In this document: positions 7,915-16,712 of the stretch, one piece after another
Layout of the letters: every line of letters starts with the position of its first letter
Numbering within the stretch: position 1 is the stretch's first letter
From: Flavobacteriales bacterium
Lineage (GTDB): Bacteria; Bacteroidota; Bacteroidia; Flavobacteriales_G; JALEGO01
Assembly: GCA_020631045.1 (NCBI GenBank)
Contig: JAHDHZ010000002.1
Location: forward strand, 35,308-99,307
Direction of reading: 5' to 3'
DNA length: 64,000 nt
Made by a program: the position numbers and the translations under genes
The notes under the pieces: generated by a model
The model's database searches: none
What the model saw: the letters and a program-made list of their open reading frames with translations, nothing else
Told to the model about the DNA's origin: nothing

Positions 7915-9408
7915 TTAATGCTTGTCAGCCTCAACCGGATCAGTTAATTCTAACTCAAGTTTTTTAAATAAAATTTCTTGTAATTGAGCCACCCCTATTC
8001 TTTTTGCAACAATCTTTTTGTCTTTGTCAAGTAAGAAAATTCTTGGAGTGCTAAAAATATCATAGGTCTCTCTAAAATTCAAACTTTCAATAGTGGTCAC
8101 ATTCAAGTACTTATGTGCATTTTCATTGATCTCTGGGTTGTCGGATACATTGATGAAGTTTAAGTCATTTTCTTTTACATATTTCTTCCAAGGTCCTGTT
8201 TTAAACTCTGTACAAACAGCATAAACCTGCACTCCTTTATCTTTAAGTTGATCATATACTTTTTTAAGCTTTGGAGTTTCTTTTTTACAATGTGAACAAC
8301 CTGGATCCCAGAAATAAAGAATAGTGTGTTCAGCTTTTACATCGTAAAGGTTGACCCAATTTTTTTCGGTAGTGTCTTGAAGAATAATATTCGGAGTTCT
8401 TTTACCCATTAAAGTAGGCTTCATCTTGCGTGAACGCTCTTCAACTTTTGCCAATTTTGTAGAATCCATCCAATAAGCCTGTCCTGAATTGTAGTATTTC
8501 TCTGCCATACTTACAAAAATGGCATCCATGCCCATGATGTTTGACTTCTCGTATTTATTGGTAATGTAATGTACAAAGTATTTAAAAATTTCTTTGCTGT
8601 CTTTTGTTTTTTCTATGAGTGGATGTGCAGCAGCAATAATAGAGTCAGGGTGTTGAACAATCACCTTTGTCATATACTTATCTAGCCTGTTGTGCAAAAT
8701 GGGTGATCGCAATAACCTATCATCAGATAAATCAACATCTTTCCAATAATTGTCAATGTAAAATTTTCTTGGATAAGAAGAATCTTTATCTCCGTTTGCT
8801 TTTGTTGGCCAATCTTTATGCTCTGGTATCTGAGGTTCTTGAGAGGCCTTAAACATTTTAGTCACAAAAGATGTAGGATAATCTTTCATCAATTGCTCTT
8901 TATAACCAATCACTTGCTTTTCGATAACTTTTAAATCTTCTTTTGCCTTTTCTTTATCAGCCTGTTTAGCCGTAGAGTCCATCATGATTTTTCTGAAAGG
9001 CATTGCAGATTCTTGCTTTTTAGCAATATCTTGCAAATACTTAGCAAAAAGAGCTCCATCTTTAGACCCTTTAATTTGTAAATTACTGGTCATGGTTTTT
9101 TGATCTCCTTTTTTAGTGATCAACTCTACCTGTTTGTCTACAAACATAAACTCAAAATAGGTTTGTTTATCACTTAGCACAACTGAATAAATACCACCTG
9201 GCATCTCTTTGTTTTGATCTGAAAAAATTGCATACCCATTTTTTTCTACTCTGGCGGTATCTTTAAAATACTGCTTAGGCCCATAATAGCCTGCTAAGTA
9301 TAGTGTGTCGCCTTGAGCAACTCCGTCAATTTTTACTTTTACTGAATAACTCTGAGAAAATACAGAAGTTGTTAAAAGCGTTAAAAGGGCTAAAAATATT
9401 GTTTTCAT
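7915..9408 (-). CDS. Secreted TlpA/AhpC-like thioredoxin-fold protein with a long N-terminal domain
   Basis: Signal peptide present. The C-terminal thioredoxin fold carries the WDPGCSHCKKE (CxxC) motif. Confidence 0.75.
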   Translation of the reverse strand: MKTIFLALLTLLTTSVFSQSYSVKVKIDGVAQGDTLYLAGYYGPKQYFKDTARVEKNGYAIFSDQNKEMPGGIYSVVLSDKQTYFEFMFVDKQVELITKKGDQKTMTSNLQIKGSKDGALFAKYLQDIAKKQESAMPFRKIMMDSTAKQADKEKAKEDLKVIEKQVIGYKEQLMKDYPTSFVTKMFKASQEPQIPEHKDWPTKANGDKDSSYPRKFYIDNYWKDVDLSDDRLLRSPILHNRLDKYMTKVIVQHPDSIIAAAHPLIEKTKDSKEIFKYFVHYITNKYEKSNIMGMDAIFVSMAEKYYNSGQAYWMDSTKLAKVEERSRKMKPTLMGKRTPNIILQDTTEKNWVNLYDVKAEHTILYFWDPGCSHCKKETPKLKKVYDQLKDKGVQVYAVCTEFKTGPWKKYVKENDLNFINVSDNPEINENAHKYLNVTTIESLNFRETYDIFSTPRIFLLDKDKKIVAKRIGVAQLQEILFKKLELELTDPVEADKH

Positions 9409-9470
9409 ATACTAAAACTTGTTAAAAATGTTAAATCAAACAAATATGAGCTGTTAAGATACGTTAAGAA

Positions 9471-11477
9471 TTACCAAATTTTAATCATTTCATGCTCACT
9501 GTGCTCTGTTGTTGAACAGGTGCCAAATGCTTGACGAAATTGTGGCATGTTTTTCAATACACCTATTACACGATATTTTGCAGGAGAGTGAGGATCGGTC
9601 AATACTTGCTGTTTGAGGTATTCATCAGTTTGGTTGTTTCTCCACACTTGAGCAAAGGCGATAAAAAAGCGCTGAGCAGGTAGGTACCCGTCAATTTTTG
9701 TTGCCTTTTCTTCTTCACTTAACGTATTCATATAGGCCTCAAAAGCAATTGATAATCCACCCAAATCAGCAATGTTTTCTCCTTGAGTTAACTCACCATT
9801 GATAAAGGTACTGTCTAATACCTCATAAGCTGAGAATTGATCAATTAATTTTTGTGCTTTTTCTTTAAAGTTCTTTTTGTCTTGGTCTGTCCACCAATTT
9901 TTAAGGTTTCCATCTGCATCAAATTGATTGCCTGTATCGTCAAATCCGTGCGTTAATTCATGACCTATAACCGCTCCCATTGAACCATAATTAATTGCAT
10001 CATCGTTGTCAATACCAAAGAAAGGGGGCTGAAGAATTCCTGCTGGAAAAACAATCTCATTCATCACTGGATTGTAATAAGCATTCACCGTTTGAGGAGG
10101 CATATACCATTCGTTCTTATCAATAGGCCCTCCTAATTTTTTTAAATCTTCTTTGTAGGCAAATTCATTGCACTTAAACCAATTTAAGATATAAGATTCG
10201 TCAGTTAAACTCAAAGAAGAATAATCTTTCCATTCTGATGGATAGCCCATTTTACGGGTAATTGTGCTTAGTTTTTTCAAGGCCTGTGCTTTGGTTTGTT
10301 CACCCATCCAATCAAGATCTTTTAATCTCAATTCTAACACACCTATTAAACCATCAACCATCTTGTCTACCTTTTCTTTGTTCTCTTTACTAAAAGCTAC
10401 TTTGACATACTCTTTGCCCAATAACTCACCTAAAGAACTGTTGGCTGATCTTAAAACACGTTTCCAGCGAGGCTTCATAGCCTTTACTCCTTTTAAGTAA
10501 GTTGCGTAAAATTCAAAATCTTTTTGCTCAAACTCATCTCCTATTTTTGAGGCACAAACATTGATTAAATTCCATTCAAGCATGGTTTTAATCAAAGACA
10601 GATCATCGCTAAGTAGTGCGTTAAAAGCATCAACAAACCTAGGTTCTTCAACAATTACGGTATCAAGTTGATCAATACCAAGGGCTGTATAGTATGCATT
10701 CCAATCAAAATTACTTGCTAAGCTGTTTAACTGATCAACACTCTTTTTGTTGTATGTTTTTTCAGGATCTCTAGACTCTACTCTTGTAAATGAATTTTCA
10801 GCCAAAATAGTTTCAGCCTTCATGATTTCTGCACGCTTAATCACTGCATCTGCATGAGAATATCCTGCCAATTCAAACATCGCCTCAACATGGTGCTCAT
10901 AAGCCATCTTTTTGTCTTTCAGATGATCAAGAACGTAATAATCTCTATCTGGCAGGCCTAGCTGACCAGGGCTCAAATAAACCGTATATTTCGTATTTTG
11001 CTTAATGTCTTGATAGATGCTGGTTGTAATGAAGGAGCCCAGTCCGATCATGTCATGATGCGCTAACAAAGAAGGCAGCTGATCAGTTGATTCAAGCGCA
11101 TCAATGCGCTCAAGCTCATTTTGAATTGCTTGAATACCCAATGCATTAATTTTATTAGTATCCATCGCAGATCTGTAAAAAGCTCCAACATTTGCATCAC
11201 CTTTATTGTTTGCAGCATCTTTTAGAATTGAAATTAAAATAGAATCGTTTTTATCTCTTAAAACGTTGAAATTTGACCAACGACTTTCAGTAGAGGGAAT
11301 CGGATTGTTTTTAATCCATGAGCCGTTTGAAAATGCATAAAAATCTGAACAAGGATCTATTGTTTGGTCAATACTTTGTAAATCTACGCCCACAATTTCT
11401 TTGGAATCTTTTGAACTAGATGAGCAACCCATTAAGAAAGCAAGCGTTACGTAAGAGAAAAAGCCTAATTGTTTCAT
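9471..11477 (-). CDS. M13 family zinc metallopeptidase (PepO / endothelin-converting-enzyme-like) lipoprotein
   Basis: HELTHGFD zinc motif, GENIADLGG, and a C-terminal W. N-terminal lipobox LMGCSS. Confidence 0.9.
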   Translation of the reverse strand: MKQLGFFSYVTLAFLMGCSSSSKDSKEIVGVDLQSIDQTIDPCSDFYAFSNGSWIKNNPIPSTESRWSNFNVLRDKNDSILISILKDAANNKGDANVGAFYRSAMDTNKINALGIQAIQNELERIDALESTDQLPSLLAHHDMIGLGSFITTSIYQDIKQNTKYTVYLSPGQLGLPDRDYYVLDHLKDKKMAYEHHVEAMFELAGYSHADAVIKRAEIMKAETILAENSFTRVESRDPEKTYNKKSVDQLNSLASNFDWNAYYTALGIDQLDTVIVEEPRFVDAFNALLSDDLSLIKTMLEWNLINVCASKIGDEFEQKDFEFYATYLKGVKAMKPRWKRVLRSANSSLGELLGKEYVKVAFSKENKEKVDKMVDGLIGVLELRLKDLDWMGEQTKAQALKKLSTITRKMGYPSEWKDYSSLSLTDESYILNWFKCNEFAYKEDLKKLGGPIDKNEWYMPPQTVNAYYNPVMNEIVFPAGILQPPFFGIDNDDAINYGSMGAVIGHELTHGFDDTGNQFDADGNLKNWWTDQDKKNFKEKAQKLIDQFSAYEVLDSTFINGELTQGENIADLGGLSIAFEAYMNTLSEEEKATKIDGYLPAQRFFIAFAQVWRNNQTDEYLKQQVLTDPHSPAKYRVIGVLKNMPQFRQAFGTCSTTEHSEHEMIKIW

Positions 11478-11512
11478 AAAAAAATTTTGGCTAAAGTAGC
11501 TATTTTTTTAAG

Positions 11513-11672
11513 AAACTGTTTAAATTTTACTCAGGAAAAATAGTTATAGAAGACTTTTTTAGCCCTTGAAGAATCGTTCGCCGATAATAGCCCAGCTACT
11601 TGAGAAGAAGGATTCGAGAAGGGGTAAAAAAAGATTCATAAGGATTTCTCTAGAGTAAAATTTAAACAGTTT
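11513..11672. repeat. MITE-like element: perfect 20-bp terminal inverted repeats enclosing 120 bp, flanked by direct TTAAG
   Basis: AAACTGTTTAAATTTTACTC (11513-11532) is the exact reverse complement of 11653-11672. TTAAG occurs at 11508-11512 and 11673-11677. There is no ORF inside. Confidence 0.5.
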
Positions 11673-11701
11673 TTAAGATTGACTTTGTTGAATTAAAATG
11701 T

Positions 11702-11709
11702 TAAATTTG
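11702..11709 (+). promoter_or_regulatory. Putative -7 promoter box (TAAATTTG)
   Basis: It matches TAnnTTTG, 28 nt upstream of the ATG at 11737. Confidence 0.4.
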
Positions 11710-11736
11710 TCATACTTGTGGCCTAAAAGGTTTAAT

Positions 11737-12441
11737 ATGAAAAAGAATTTTATTTATTTAATCGTAGCTTTTGTTTTTTTTACAGTCTCATGTAATAGAC
11801 AAAAGCCTCAGATCTGTCAAGGAGATGATGGAAATCGTTGTGAAAATTATCTTGAAACTTGGGAAGATTACTTTTTAGAAGTCAACGACATGACTCTAGA
11901 CTACTTTGAAGAACACATTGAAGTGATTGAGGCCAATATGAAAGACAATACCGATGGTAAAAACTTCAACATCAGATACTTGTTTAAAGTTGACTGGTTA
12001 GAAATTGAAGTTAGAGATCAATTTCAGGTTTATAAAAATGTTGATGTAGACAAGTTCCCTCAACTTCAATTGCCTGATACAGAATACTTTCAGCCTAACA
12101 AAGTATTTGAATTGCTTGATATTTTTGCTTTCGAGTCTCATGTAACTCGTGTTGCAAGTGTTGAAAATTTAAAATTTACATCAAAAAGTAAAGCGCTAGG
12201 TGCACTTAAAGACATTACGGGTGAAGATGTTGGTTTTAGGAGATATGAATTTAAAAATGCTCGATTGACATATGATCCTTTCACGCAAGATCCTTACATT
12301 GATACAGCTTCTGGTGAACGTGGAGCGCATCCATACATGTACGGTGTCAAAGAAGTTGGAGATGATGAGTGCGTTTGCGGAGAAATTGATTTGGTGAGTG
12401 GCAAAGGTGGTCCATACCCTTGCGAATGCGAGATTCAATAA
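11737..12441 (+). CDS. Hypothetical lipoprotein
   Basis: The ORF track starts at 11698. The in-frame ATG at 11737 gives MKKNFIYLIVAFVFFTVSCN (signal peptide plus lipobox Cys). The C-terminus is Cys-rich (CVCGE...CECE). I recognise no family. Confidence 0.6.
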   Translation: MKKNFIYLIVAFVFFTVSCNRQKPQICQGDDGNRCENYLETWEDYFLEVNDMTLDYFEEHIEVIEANMKDNTDGKNFNIRYLFKVDWLEIEVRDQFQVYKNVDVDKFPQLQLPDTEYFQPNKVFELLDIFAFESHVTRVASVENLKFTSKSKALGALKDITGEDVGFRRYEFKNARLTYDPFTQDPYIDTASGERGAHPYMYGVKEVGDDECVCGEIDLVSGKGGPYPCECEIQ

Positions 12442-13617
12442 GTGATGAGTTCAGTCCCTTCTCAATTTATTTCATCTAGGGACAAAAAAATTGGAATTAT
12501 AGCGGGCGGTCAGCTCGGAAAATTACTTTGCCTATCTGCTTCTAATTTAGATGTTGAAGTTTCTGTGATGGATGGATCTGAAAATGCTCCTGCCAAAGCT
12601 GTTTGTCAAAATTTTGTGTTAGGAAACTATGCCAACTATGAAGATGTTTATCGTTTTGGCAAAACCGTTGATCTATTAACTCTAGAGCTCGAACACGTCA
12701 ACATTGATGCCTTACTCAAATTAAAGCAAGAGGGTTTAACTATATTTCCTGACCCTGAAATCTTAAAAACTATTCAAGATAAGGGCCTACAGAAAGCATT
12801 TTTTAAAGCAAAAAACTTACCAAGTTCTAGTTTTCAACTAGTAAAAAATAAAGCCGAACTTGAAGCATTGATTGACAAAGGAATCATCGACTTTCCTTTC
12901 GTTCAAAAATCAAGAAAAGGAGGCTATGACGGAAAAGGTGTTGCGCTTATAAAAAATCGCTTACAGCTCAGTCAAGCTTTTGACACTGCCAGCGTAATAG
13001 AGCAGAATGTAGAAATTGAAAAAGAGCTCTCAGTGATTTTATGTAGAGATCAACAAAAAAACATTCAATATTTTGAACCTGTTGAGATGGTTTTTAATGC
13101 TGATGGAAACTTGGTAGAGAAGCTCATCAGCCCTGCCCAAATTAGTGATGAAATCAAAAAACAAAGCATTGAACTGTCAAAACAAATTATGGAATGCTTT
13201 GACCTTGTGGGTTTGCTTGCAGTAGAACTTTTTCTAACAAAACAAGGAACTCTCTTGATCAATGAAGTTGCGCCCAGGCCACACAATAGTGGCCATCATA
13301 CCATTGAGGCGAATCTTTATTCTCAGTATGATCTCCAGATGAGAGCTGTGTTGAATCTACCACTACCACAGACCAAAGAAAGAAGTGCGGCTGTTATGTT
13401 AAACATCTTAGGTGCTGATCAAAGGCAAGGCCATGTAGAGTATAAAAACATTGATAAATGCATTGCCCTTCAAGGTGTCTATTTTCATATTTACGGAAAA
13501 AAAATCACCAAACCTTTCAGAAAAATGGGACACATTACCATTTTAGATGACCAGCTTGAAAACGCTTTAGAAAAAGCAGATTATATTCAAAAACACTTAA
13601 TCGTTGAGGCTACATGA
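12442..13617 (+). CDS. purK: N5-carboxyaminoimidazole ribonucleotide synthase
   Basis: ATP-grasp architecture with conserved PRPHNSGHHTIEA. It lies immediately upstream of purE with a 4-nt overlap. Confidence 0.9.
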   Translation: MMSSVPSQFISSRDKKIGIIAGGQLGKLLCLSASNLDVEVSVMDGSENAPAKAVCQNFVLGNYANYEDVYRFGKTVDLLTLELEHVNIDALLKLKQEGLTIFPDPEILKTIQDKGLQKAFFKAKNLPSSSFQLVKNKAELEALIDKGIIDFPFVQKSRKGGYDGKGVALIKNRLQLSQAFDTASVIEQNVEIEKELSVILCRDQQKNIQYFEPVEMVFNADGNLVEKLISPAQISDEIKKQSIELSKQIMECFDLVGLLAVELFLTKQGTLLINEVAPRPHNSGHHTIEANLYSQYDLQMRAVLNLPLPQTKERSAAVMLNILGADQRQGHVEYKNIDKCIALQGVYFHIYGKKITKPFRKMGHITILDDQLENALEKADYIQKHLIVEAT

Positions 13618-14108
13618 ATGCACGTATTGCTATAGTAATGGGATCAGATTCTGATTATAAGATCATGCACAAAGCTGTTGAATTCGTTAAAGCATTTCAT
13701 CTTGAAGTATTTGTAGATGTTGTATCTGCTCACAGAACTCCAGAAAAACTTTATGAGTTCGCTAAAAATGCTCATACTAAAGGCATTCAGGTGATTATAG
13801 CAGCAGCAGGTGGAGCTGCTCATTTGCCTGGAATGGTTGCTTCAATGACTTCACTGCCTGTGATTGGAGTACCTATTAAATCATCAAATTCAATTGATGG
13901 CTGGGACTCAGTACTCTCAATTCTACAAATGCCATCTGGGGTTCCGGTGGCAACAGTTGCTTTAAATGGAGCTGAAAACGCTGCAATTCTAGCTCTTCAA
14001 ATCTTAGCAAGCTCAGATAAAGAATTGTATCAAAAGCTCATCGATTATAAAAATCAACTCAAAGACTCAGTTGATCTAAAATCAGAAAAATTAAAAAATC
14101 AACTCTGA
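13614..14108 (+). CDS. purE: N5-carboxyaminoimidazole ribonucleotide mutase
   Basis: Motifs GSDSD, SAHRTP and AGGAAHLPGM. Confidence 0.93.
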   Translation: MNARIAIVMGSDSDYKIMHKAVEFVKAFHLEVFVDVVSAHRTPEKLYEFAKNAHTKGIQVIIAAAGGAAHLPGMVASMTSLPVIGVPIKSSNSIDGWDSVLSILQMPSGVPVATVALNGAENAAILALQILASSDKELYQKLIDYKNQLKDSVDLKSEKLKNQL

Positions 14109-14920
14109 TGTTTACCAAGACGACTGAAGAAGATTCACTTTATAATGGGCTTGAAAAAATGTCTGGTCTTGAAATCTTGAAGGCCATCAATCAAGAAGAT
14201 CAAAAAGTAGCTATCTGTGTTGAAAAACAACTGCCCTTTATTGAACAACTCTCGAGTGCTATTACTGAAAAATTAAAAAATGGAGGCAGACTATTTTATC
14301 TCGGTGCAGGTACTAGTGGCAGATTGGGTATTTTAGATGCCTCTGAATGCCCTCCAACTTATGGCGTTGATCATGACCTTGTGATTGGTTTGATTGCAGG
14401 AGGTGATTCAGCGATTAGAAAAGCTATTGAGTTTGCTGAAGATGATCAAAAGTTGGGCTGGAAAGATTTAAAAGCGCACAGCATCAACACAAAAGATATT
14501 GTGGTAGGTATTGCTGCTTCTGGCACTACCCCATATGTAATTGGAGCCTTAAAAGAATGTAGGGCCAATCAGATCACAACAGGATGTATTACCTGCAACG
14601 CGAACAGTCCTATTGTTGATTGTTCTGATTTTGCTGTGCAAGTAGTAGTAGGTCCTGAGGTGGTGACAGGCAGTACTAGAATGAAAGCAGGCACGGCTCA
14701 AAAAATGGTACTCAATATGCTTACCACTTCTGCAATGATACGCCTAGGAAAGGTGCAAGGGAATAAAATGACTCACATGCAGCTGAGCAACAATAAATTA
14801 GTTGATCGAGCCATCAAGATGATTCAAGATCAATTAAATGTAGATGCGAGAGAAGCTGAAAAATTACTTGAGCAACACAAAAGTGTTCATAAAGCAATCA
14901 AATACTTTAAAACCAAATAA
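14108..14920 (+). CDS. murQ: N-acetylmuramic acid 6-phosphate etherase
   Basis: SIS domain with [19 protein letters not shown] and [11 protein letters not shown]. Confidence 0.88.
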   Translation: MFTKTTEEDSLYNGLEKMSGLEILKAINQEDQKVAICVEKQLPFIEQLSSAITEKLKNGGRLFYLGAGTSGRLGILDASECPPTYGVDHDLVIGLIAGGDSAIRKAIEFAEDDQKLGWKDLKAHSINTKDIVVGIAASGTTPYVIGALKECRANQITTGCITCNANSPIVDCSDFAVQVVVGPEVVTGSTRMKAGTAQKMVLNMLTTSAMIRLGKVQGNKMTHMQLSNNKLVDRAIKMIQDQLNVDAREAEKLLEQHKSVHKAIKYFKTK

Positions 14921-14922
14921 AC

Positions 14923-15909
14923 ATGCAAACACTCGGGGAGTTTATTATTGAACAACAAAAAGATCATCAAGATGCCAGCGGAGAGCTTTCAAAGCTACTC
15001 AGTTCGATCAAGTTGGCCACCAAGATAGTGAACAGAGAGGTTTCTAAGGCGGGCTTGGTTGATATTTTAGGGGGTGTTGGAGGAGAAAACATTCAAGGAG
15101 AAGAACAGCAAAAATTAGATGTGTTTGCCAACAAGCATTTCATTAAAGCTCTTCAGGCAAGGGGTGTTGTATGTGGCATTGCCTCTGAAGAAAATGAAGA
15201 TTTTATTGACTGCAACACTGAAGACAGTAAACAAGCAAAATATGTGGTTTCTATGGATCCTTTAGATGGATCTTCAAATATCGATGTAAATGTGTCTATT
15301 GGCACTATTTTTTCAATCTATAAAAGAATTACTCCGGTTGGATCGCCTGTTGAACTTAAAGATTTCCTCCAAAAAGGCATCCACCAGGTTGCAGCTGGTT
15401 ATGTTTTATATGGAGCTTCTTCTATGCTTGTTTACAGTACAGGAAATGGTGTAAATGGGTTTACATTTGATCCTTCAATCGGAACGGTGTATTTGTCTCA
15501 TCCAAACATTAAAACTCCTGAAAAAGGCAAAATTTATTCGATTAATGAAGGTAATTTTAATTCTTTTGAGCAGCCCATTAAATCATACATAGATTATTGT
15601 AAGCAAGAAGATAAATCTAGTTTAAGACCCTATTCAGCAAGGTATATTGGATCTTTAGTTGCTGATTTTCACAGGAATTTAATCAAAGGAGGCGTCTATT
15701 TGTATCCTTCTACGAGTAAAGCTCCAAACGGAAAATTAAGATTGCTGTATGAATGTAATCCTCTGGCTTTTTTAGTTGAACAGGCAGGTGGAATGGCTAC
15801 AAACGGAAAAGAAAGAATTCTAGAGATTCAACCCACTGAACTGCATCAAAGAGTTCCTTTTGTAATTGGATCTAAAAAAATGGTTGAAAAAGTCAGTGCG
15901 ATGCATTAA
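14923..15909 (+). CDS. fbp: Class 1 fructose-1,6-bisphosphatase
   Basis: Metal-site motif [10 protein letters not shown], plus [21 protein letters not shown]. Confidence 0.92.
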   Translation: MQTLGEFIIEQQKDHQDASGELSKLLSSIKLATKIVNREVSKAGLVDILGGVGGENIQGEEQQKLDVFANKHFIKALQARGVVCGIASEENEDFIDCNTEDSKQAKYVVSMDPLDGSSNIDVNVSIGTIFSIYKRITPVGSPVELKDFLQKGIHQVAAGYVLYGASSMLVYSTGNGVNGFTFDPSIGTVYLSHPNIKTPEKGKIYSINEGNFNSFEQPIKSYIDYCKQEDKSSLRPYSARYIGSLVADFHRNLIKGGVYLYPSTSKAPNGKLRLLYECNPLAFLVEQAGGMATNGKERILEIQPTELHQRVPFVIGSKKMVEKVSAMH

Positions 15910-16052
15910 CGATGCTCACCAATTTTACCATGTGCTTTACCGCTAATAGGACCTTTTTTCTTGTGTGCATGCACGCCATTGTTTTTGTTACACGAATTTA
16001 AAAATAGGGCCAAACCAAGTAAACAGGTGCTTAAAAAAAGTACTTTTTTCAT
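15906..16052 (-). CDS. Small (48 aa) putative lipoprotein, His/Lys/Gly-rich mature part
   Basis: Hand-translated as [48 protein letters not shown]. It has a signal peptide and lipobox LNSC. It is below the ORF-track size cut-off, fills an otherwise empty 205-bp gap, and its stop overlaps the fbp stop. Confidence 0.45.
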   Translation of the reverse strand: MKKVLFLSTCLLGLALFLNSCNKNNGVHAHKKKGPISGKAHGKIGEHR

Positions 16053-16113
16053 AACTGAATGTATTTTCTTATCACTATTTTAACGATAATTTTTAAAATT
16101 AGTTGCTTATAAA

Positions 16114-16701
16114 ATGAAAAAATTAGTGCTTGCAACCAGTAATCCTGGAAAACTAAAAGAGATAACTGCCCTGCTCAAAGAGTTTAGCATTGAAGTTCAA
16201 ACGCTAAAACAGATTGGTTTTTCTAAAGAAATCCAAGAAACAGCAAACACCTTCAAAGGCAACGCCCTTTTAAAAGCACAAACAGTGTATGACTACACAA
16301 ACCAACCTATCTTAGCTGATGACAGCGGGTTGGTCGTTGAAGCACTTAACGGAGCTCCTGGCATCTACTCTGCTCGATACGCAGGAGAGCCTTCTAATGC
16401 AAAAAGTAATATAGAAAAGCTTTTATTAAATATGCAACAGCAAGAAAATCGACAAGCTTATTTTATTACACAACTATGTTTTATTGATCAGCAGGCTAAA
16501 ACACATTTTTTTGAAGGAAAAATTAATGGAGAAATCTTAAAACATCCTACAGGAAACAACGGTTTTGGATACGATCCGATCTTTAAGCCTAATGGGTATG
16601 ACTTATCTTTTGCTCAAATGAGTATACAAGAAAAACAAAGAATTTCTCATAGATCAAAGGCTTTAAAGGCCTTTAAAACTTTCTTAGATAATTTGCTCTA
16701 G
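16114..16701 (+). CDS. rdgB: Non-canonical purine NTP pyrophosphatase (dITP/XTP pyrophosphatase)
   Basis: Motifs ATSNPGKLKE, DDSGL and FGYDPIF. Confidence 0.9.
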   Translation: MKKLVLATSNPGKLKEITALLKEFSIEVQTLKQIGFSKEIQETANTFKGNALLKAQTVYDYTNQPILADDSGLVVEALNGAPGIYSARYAGEPSNAKSNIEKLLLNMQQQENRQAYFITQLCFIDQQAKTHFFEGKINGEILKHPTGNNGFGYDPIFKPNGYDLSFAQMSIQEKQRISHRSKALKAFKTFLDNLL

Positions 16702-16712
16702 CTTTCAATTCC

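Noticed and set aside
11698-11736. ATG at 11698 as the start of the lipoprotein gene
   Set aside because: The extra 13 residues (MLNLSYLWPKRFN) precede a perfect MKK...C lipoprotein signal starting at 11737. This ATG also overlaps a TAAATTTG promoter-like box.
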